38,574 nucleotides of DNA from an uncultured Dehalococcoidia bacterium (GTDB lineage Bacteria > Chloroflexota > Dehalococcoidia > Lucifugimonadales > UBA826): contig CAYPXS010000001.1 of assembly GCA_964414725.1 (NCBI GenBank), positions 1-38,574 on the forward strand, read 5' to 3'. How positions within the stretch are numbered: the stretch's first letter is position 1; each line of letters starts with the position of its first letter. Below, piece by piece: positions 36,680-38,574 of the stretch. The position numbers were made by a program, and so were the translations under genes. The notes under the pieces are model-generated. The model was not told the DNA's origin. It made no database searches and saw only the letters and a list, made by a program, of their open reading frames with translations.

Positions 36680-37911
36680 TGGGGCGGGTTTTCCGAGATA
36701 AGATTTTGACCTTTCTCTAGTAATATACGTATTTTTTGGTCGCTTATGTTCCGTTCTTTCAAATAGGTTTCCAGAGCTTCAATCGCAGGGATGGATTCGT
36801 GTAACTCCTTTCCCAATCTATTTTTACTTTCGGTAATGACATTTTTCCTTACTGCCGCCACAAAATTTGCTTCGGACAAACTCTCTCTGATTTTCCTGTC
36901 AGATATTTCACTGTATCTAGATGCACTAACTTCAATTATTACTTGCACAATCGTCTCGTTTATATCGTGCTTTTCTATTTCGGCTACAATTTTCTCGTTA
37001 GGGGATTCGTCATTTTCGTTTACCTTTATATGGATAGTTTTGAATCTTCTTGCATTTACTTCGACAAATTCATATGAATTCAACTTATTTTTTTTGTCCA
37101 AGCTTGTCGAAATGTCTATCACACAAAAACCCTTAGAATCTTTCTCTTCTCCAAAATCTATTCTTTCCAAACTACCTGAGTAAACTACTGGTGGATCATC
37201 GTTTAGTGTTTGGTGTTTGTGGATATGCCCAAGTGCTATGTAATCTAATTTTGGATTAGCCAAAAACTTAGTTGGCAAAAGGTAATCTTTCCCAAGTGTC
37301 ATAGATTTTTCCGAGCTAGTTTTAGCTAGGTCTACTGATACATGAGAGGCCAATATGCTGGGCATTGAGGAATCTAGGTTTGCTATCTCTTTATCTAGGT
37401 CTTCAATTAATTTTTCTTCAATGGCACTGTTTAATTTCTCATTTGACAATTGGTTATATTTCTCAAGGGACATAAAGTCGCCTTTCCTTATCCACGGCAA
37501 AGATATTATTTGAATAGATCCGTTACGGGTTTGAACTATTTGGGTGTTTAATTCGTTTGCGATCTGCACATTTTCTATGTCTAGTGTAGGGAATATATCC
37601 AGTGTAGTTGCTGGACCTGGGACGTTTGGGGAATCATGGTTGCCCGCCAGTAGAAAAACCTTGATTCCTTGATTGGCAAGCTTGGAAACTCTTTTTACAA
37701 ATTCTCGTTGATGGGTTTGTGTCGGGTTTCTACTTTTATAGATATCTCCGCAAATCAGTACTAAATCTGCTTCATTATCAATTGAATAGTCAACAAGTTC
37801 GTCTAAGGATCTTAAAAAATCTTGAAGTCGTGATGATGTTCTAGTTTTTGGATCAGGCCTGCTGTAATTTTCGACCCCTATATGTATGTCAGCGGTATGA
37901 ATTATTAGCAT
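36676..37911 (-). CDS. sbcD: Exonuclease SbcD / Mre11-family metallophosphoesterase nuclease
   Basis: 411 aa. It has the calcineurin-like motifs HTADIHIG, ICGDIYKS, LAGNHD, and GHIH. Confidence 0.85.
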   Translation of the reverse strand: MLIIHTADIHIGVENYSRPDPKTRTSSRLQDFLRSLDELVDYSIDNEADLVLICGDIYKSRNPTQTHQREFVKRVSKLANQGIKVFLLAGNHDSPNVPGPATTLDIFPTLDIENVQIANELNTQIVQTRNGSIQIISLPWIRKGDFMSLEKYNQLSNEKLNSAIEEKLIEDLDKEIANLDSSMPSILASHVSVDLAKTSSEKSMTLGKDYLLPTKFLANPKLDYIALGHIHKHQTLNDDPPVVYSGSLERIDFGEEKDSKGFCVIDISTSLDKKNKLNSYEFVEVNARRFKTIHIKVNENDESPNEKIVAEIEKHDINETIVQVIIEVSASRYSEISDRKIRESLSEANFVAAVRKNVITESKNRLGKELHESIPAIEALETYLKERNISDQKIRILLEKGQNLISENPPQ

Positions 37912-37972
37912 TTAAACCACTTCTTCGTCATTTACAATTATCGGCTAATCCGAGGAAACTATAGGATCAAAC

Positions 37973-38574
37973 CTAACCTTTTAATTTCAGGACTAGCTCT
38001 GATTCTAAAGCATCCAAACTAACTCTAGTCTGCTCCATAGAATCTCTTTCTCGGATGGTAACAGCATTATCATCAAGAGAATCAAAATCTACAGTTACGC
38101 ATAGAGGAGTTCCTATTTCATCTTGCCTGCGATATCTCCTTCCTATACTTTGAGCATCATCGTATTGCACATGCCCTCCAATCAAATTGGATTTACGAAG
38201 AGTGTCGAAGACTGATTTGGCTAGAGGGGTCAACTTTTCATTTCGGCTCAAAGGTAGTACGGCAACTTTGACCGGTGAGATAGAAGGATCTAATTTGAGT
38301 AGTACTCGTGTCTCAGTCTTTCCCGATGCAGAAGTGATTTCTTCCTCATTGTAAGCATCAACTAATAGGGCCATTACGGCTCTGTCTACACCGGATGAGG
38401 GTTCTATCACATATGGAATGATATGTTGACCTGAAGAATCATCAAAGTAAGTGAGCTTTTCCCCACTCATTCCCATGTGTGATTTCAAATCGTAGTCTGT
38501 GCGGTTGGCTATCCCTTGGATTTCACCCCAGCCCCACGGAAATCTATATTCAATATCATAGGTGGCTTTTGCAT
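37973..38574 (-). CDS. glyQS: Glycine--tRNA ligase (alpha2/GlyQS type), C-terminal part. The 5' end lies beyond the window.
   Basis: The frame stays open to the window edge, upstream of the listed Met. The translation is [32 protein letters not shown]...[12 protein letters not shown] (class II motif 3), followed by the anticodon-binding domain. Confidence 0.93.
   Translation of the reverse strand, partial: AKATYDIEYRFPWGWGEIQGIANRTDYDLKSHMGMSGEKLTYFDDSSGQHIIPYVIEPSSGVDRAVMALLVDAYNEEEITSASGKTETRVLLKLDPSISPVKVAVLPLSRNEKLTPLAKSVFDTLRKSNLIGGHVQYDDAQSIGRRYRRQDEIGTPLCVTVDFDSLDDNAVTIRERDSMEQTRVSLDALESELVLKLKG

Noticed and set aside
1-38574. Mobile elements, CRISPR arrays, tRNA/rRNA genes, prophage or defence-island content
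   Set aside because: No intergenic gap exceeds 239 nt. I saw no repeat arrays, tRNA-like cloverleaf candidates, or transposase, integrase or phage-like ORFs. The window reads as core chromosome.

Overview
This is a 38.6-kb, moderately AT-rich bacterial chromosomal segment. It is very gene-dense, about 95% coding by my tally of the ORF coordinates. I support 35 protein-coding genes and find no rRNA, tRNA, CRISPR array, transposase or integrase. Gene content is almost entirely core metabolism. Left to right: an amidohydrolase, a Zn alcohol dehydrogenase and a 2-hydroxyacid dehydrogenase. Next comes a co-linear nitrogen-assimilation string glnA-gltB-gltD on the minus strand. Then a DsbA-like gene, rnc, an oxalyl-CoA decarboxylase/HACL-like ThDP enzyme, and a 455-aa protein I cannot place. 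Then glyA, thrC-folE, and a small envelope/glycoconjugate-type group (CelD-like acyltransferase, MshA-like GT4, two-domain GNAT, CpsB-type PHP phosphatase). A long minus-strand run follows: carboxyltransferase 12S, small ORF, 5S+biotin-carrier fusion, mdh, TIGR00725, eno, gap, pdxS, pdxT, R3H-AAA ATPase, tmk. The window ends with folP-folK, a Trm112-like gene, a CopD-like membrane protein, a TlpA-like lipoprotein, sbcD, and the 3' part of glyQS. The compact style (4-14 nt gene overlaps, convergent stops 1-2 nt apart) fits a streamlined, probably marine, free-living bacterium. The phylum cannot be determined from this window alone. The most interesting observation concerns the DsbA-like gene. 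The ORF track starts it at GTG 11017, but it reads in frame from a well-placed ATG/SD at 10954 through a single TGA at 10993. That TGA sits exactly where the redox-active Cys of the F-D-F-x-C-P-x-x motif belongs, and a SECIS-like stem-loop lies directly downstream, so this is a candidate selenoprotein. Secondary points are the orphan 455-aa protein, a transcarboxylase-like biotin module with no biotin carboxylase or membrane subunit, an MshA/MshD-like gene pair, a perfect 14-bp hairpin overlapping the glyA stop, and a likely non-canonical start for folK. I found no clear multi-gene novel system such as a defence island or mobile element.
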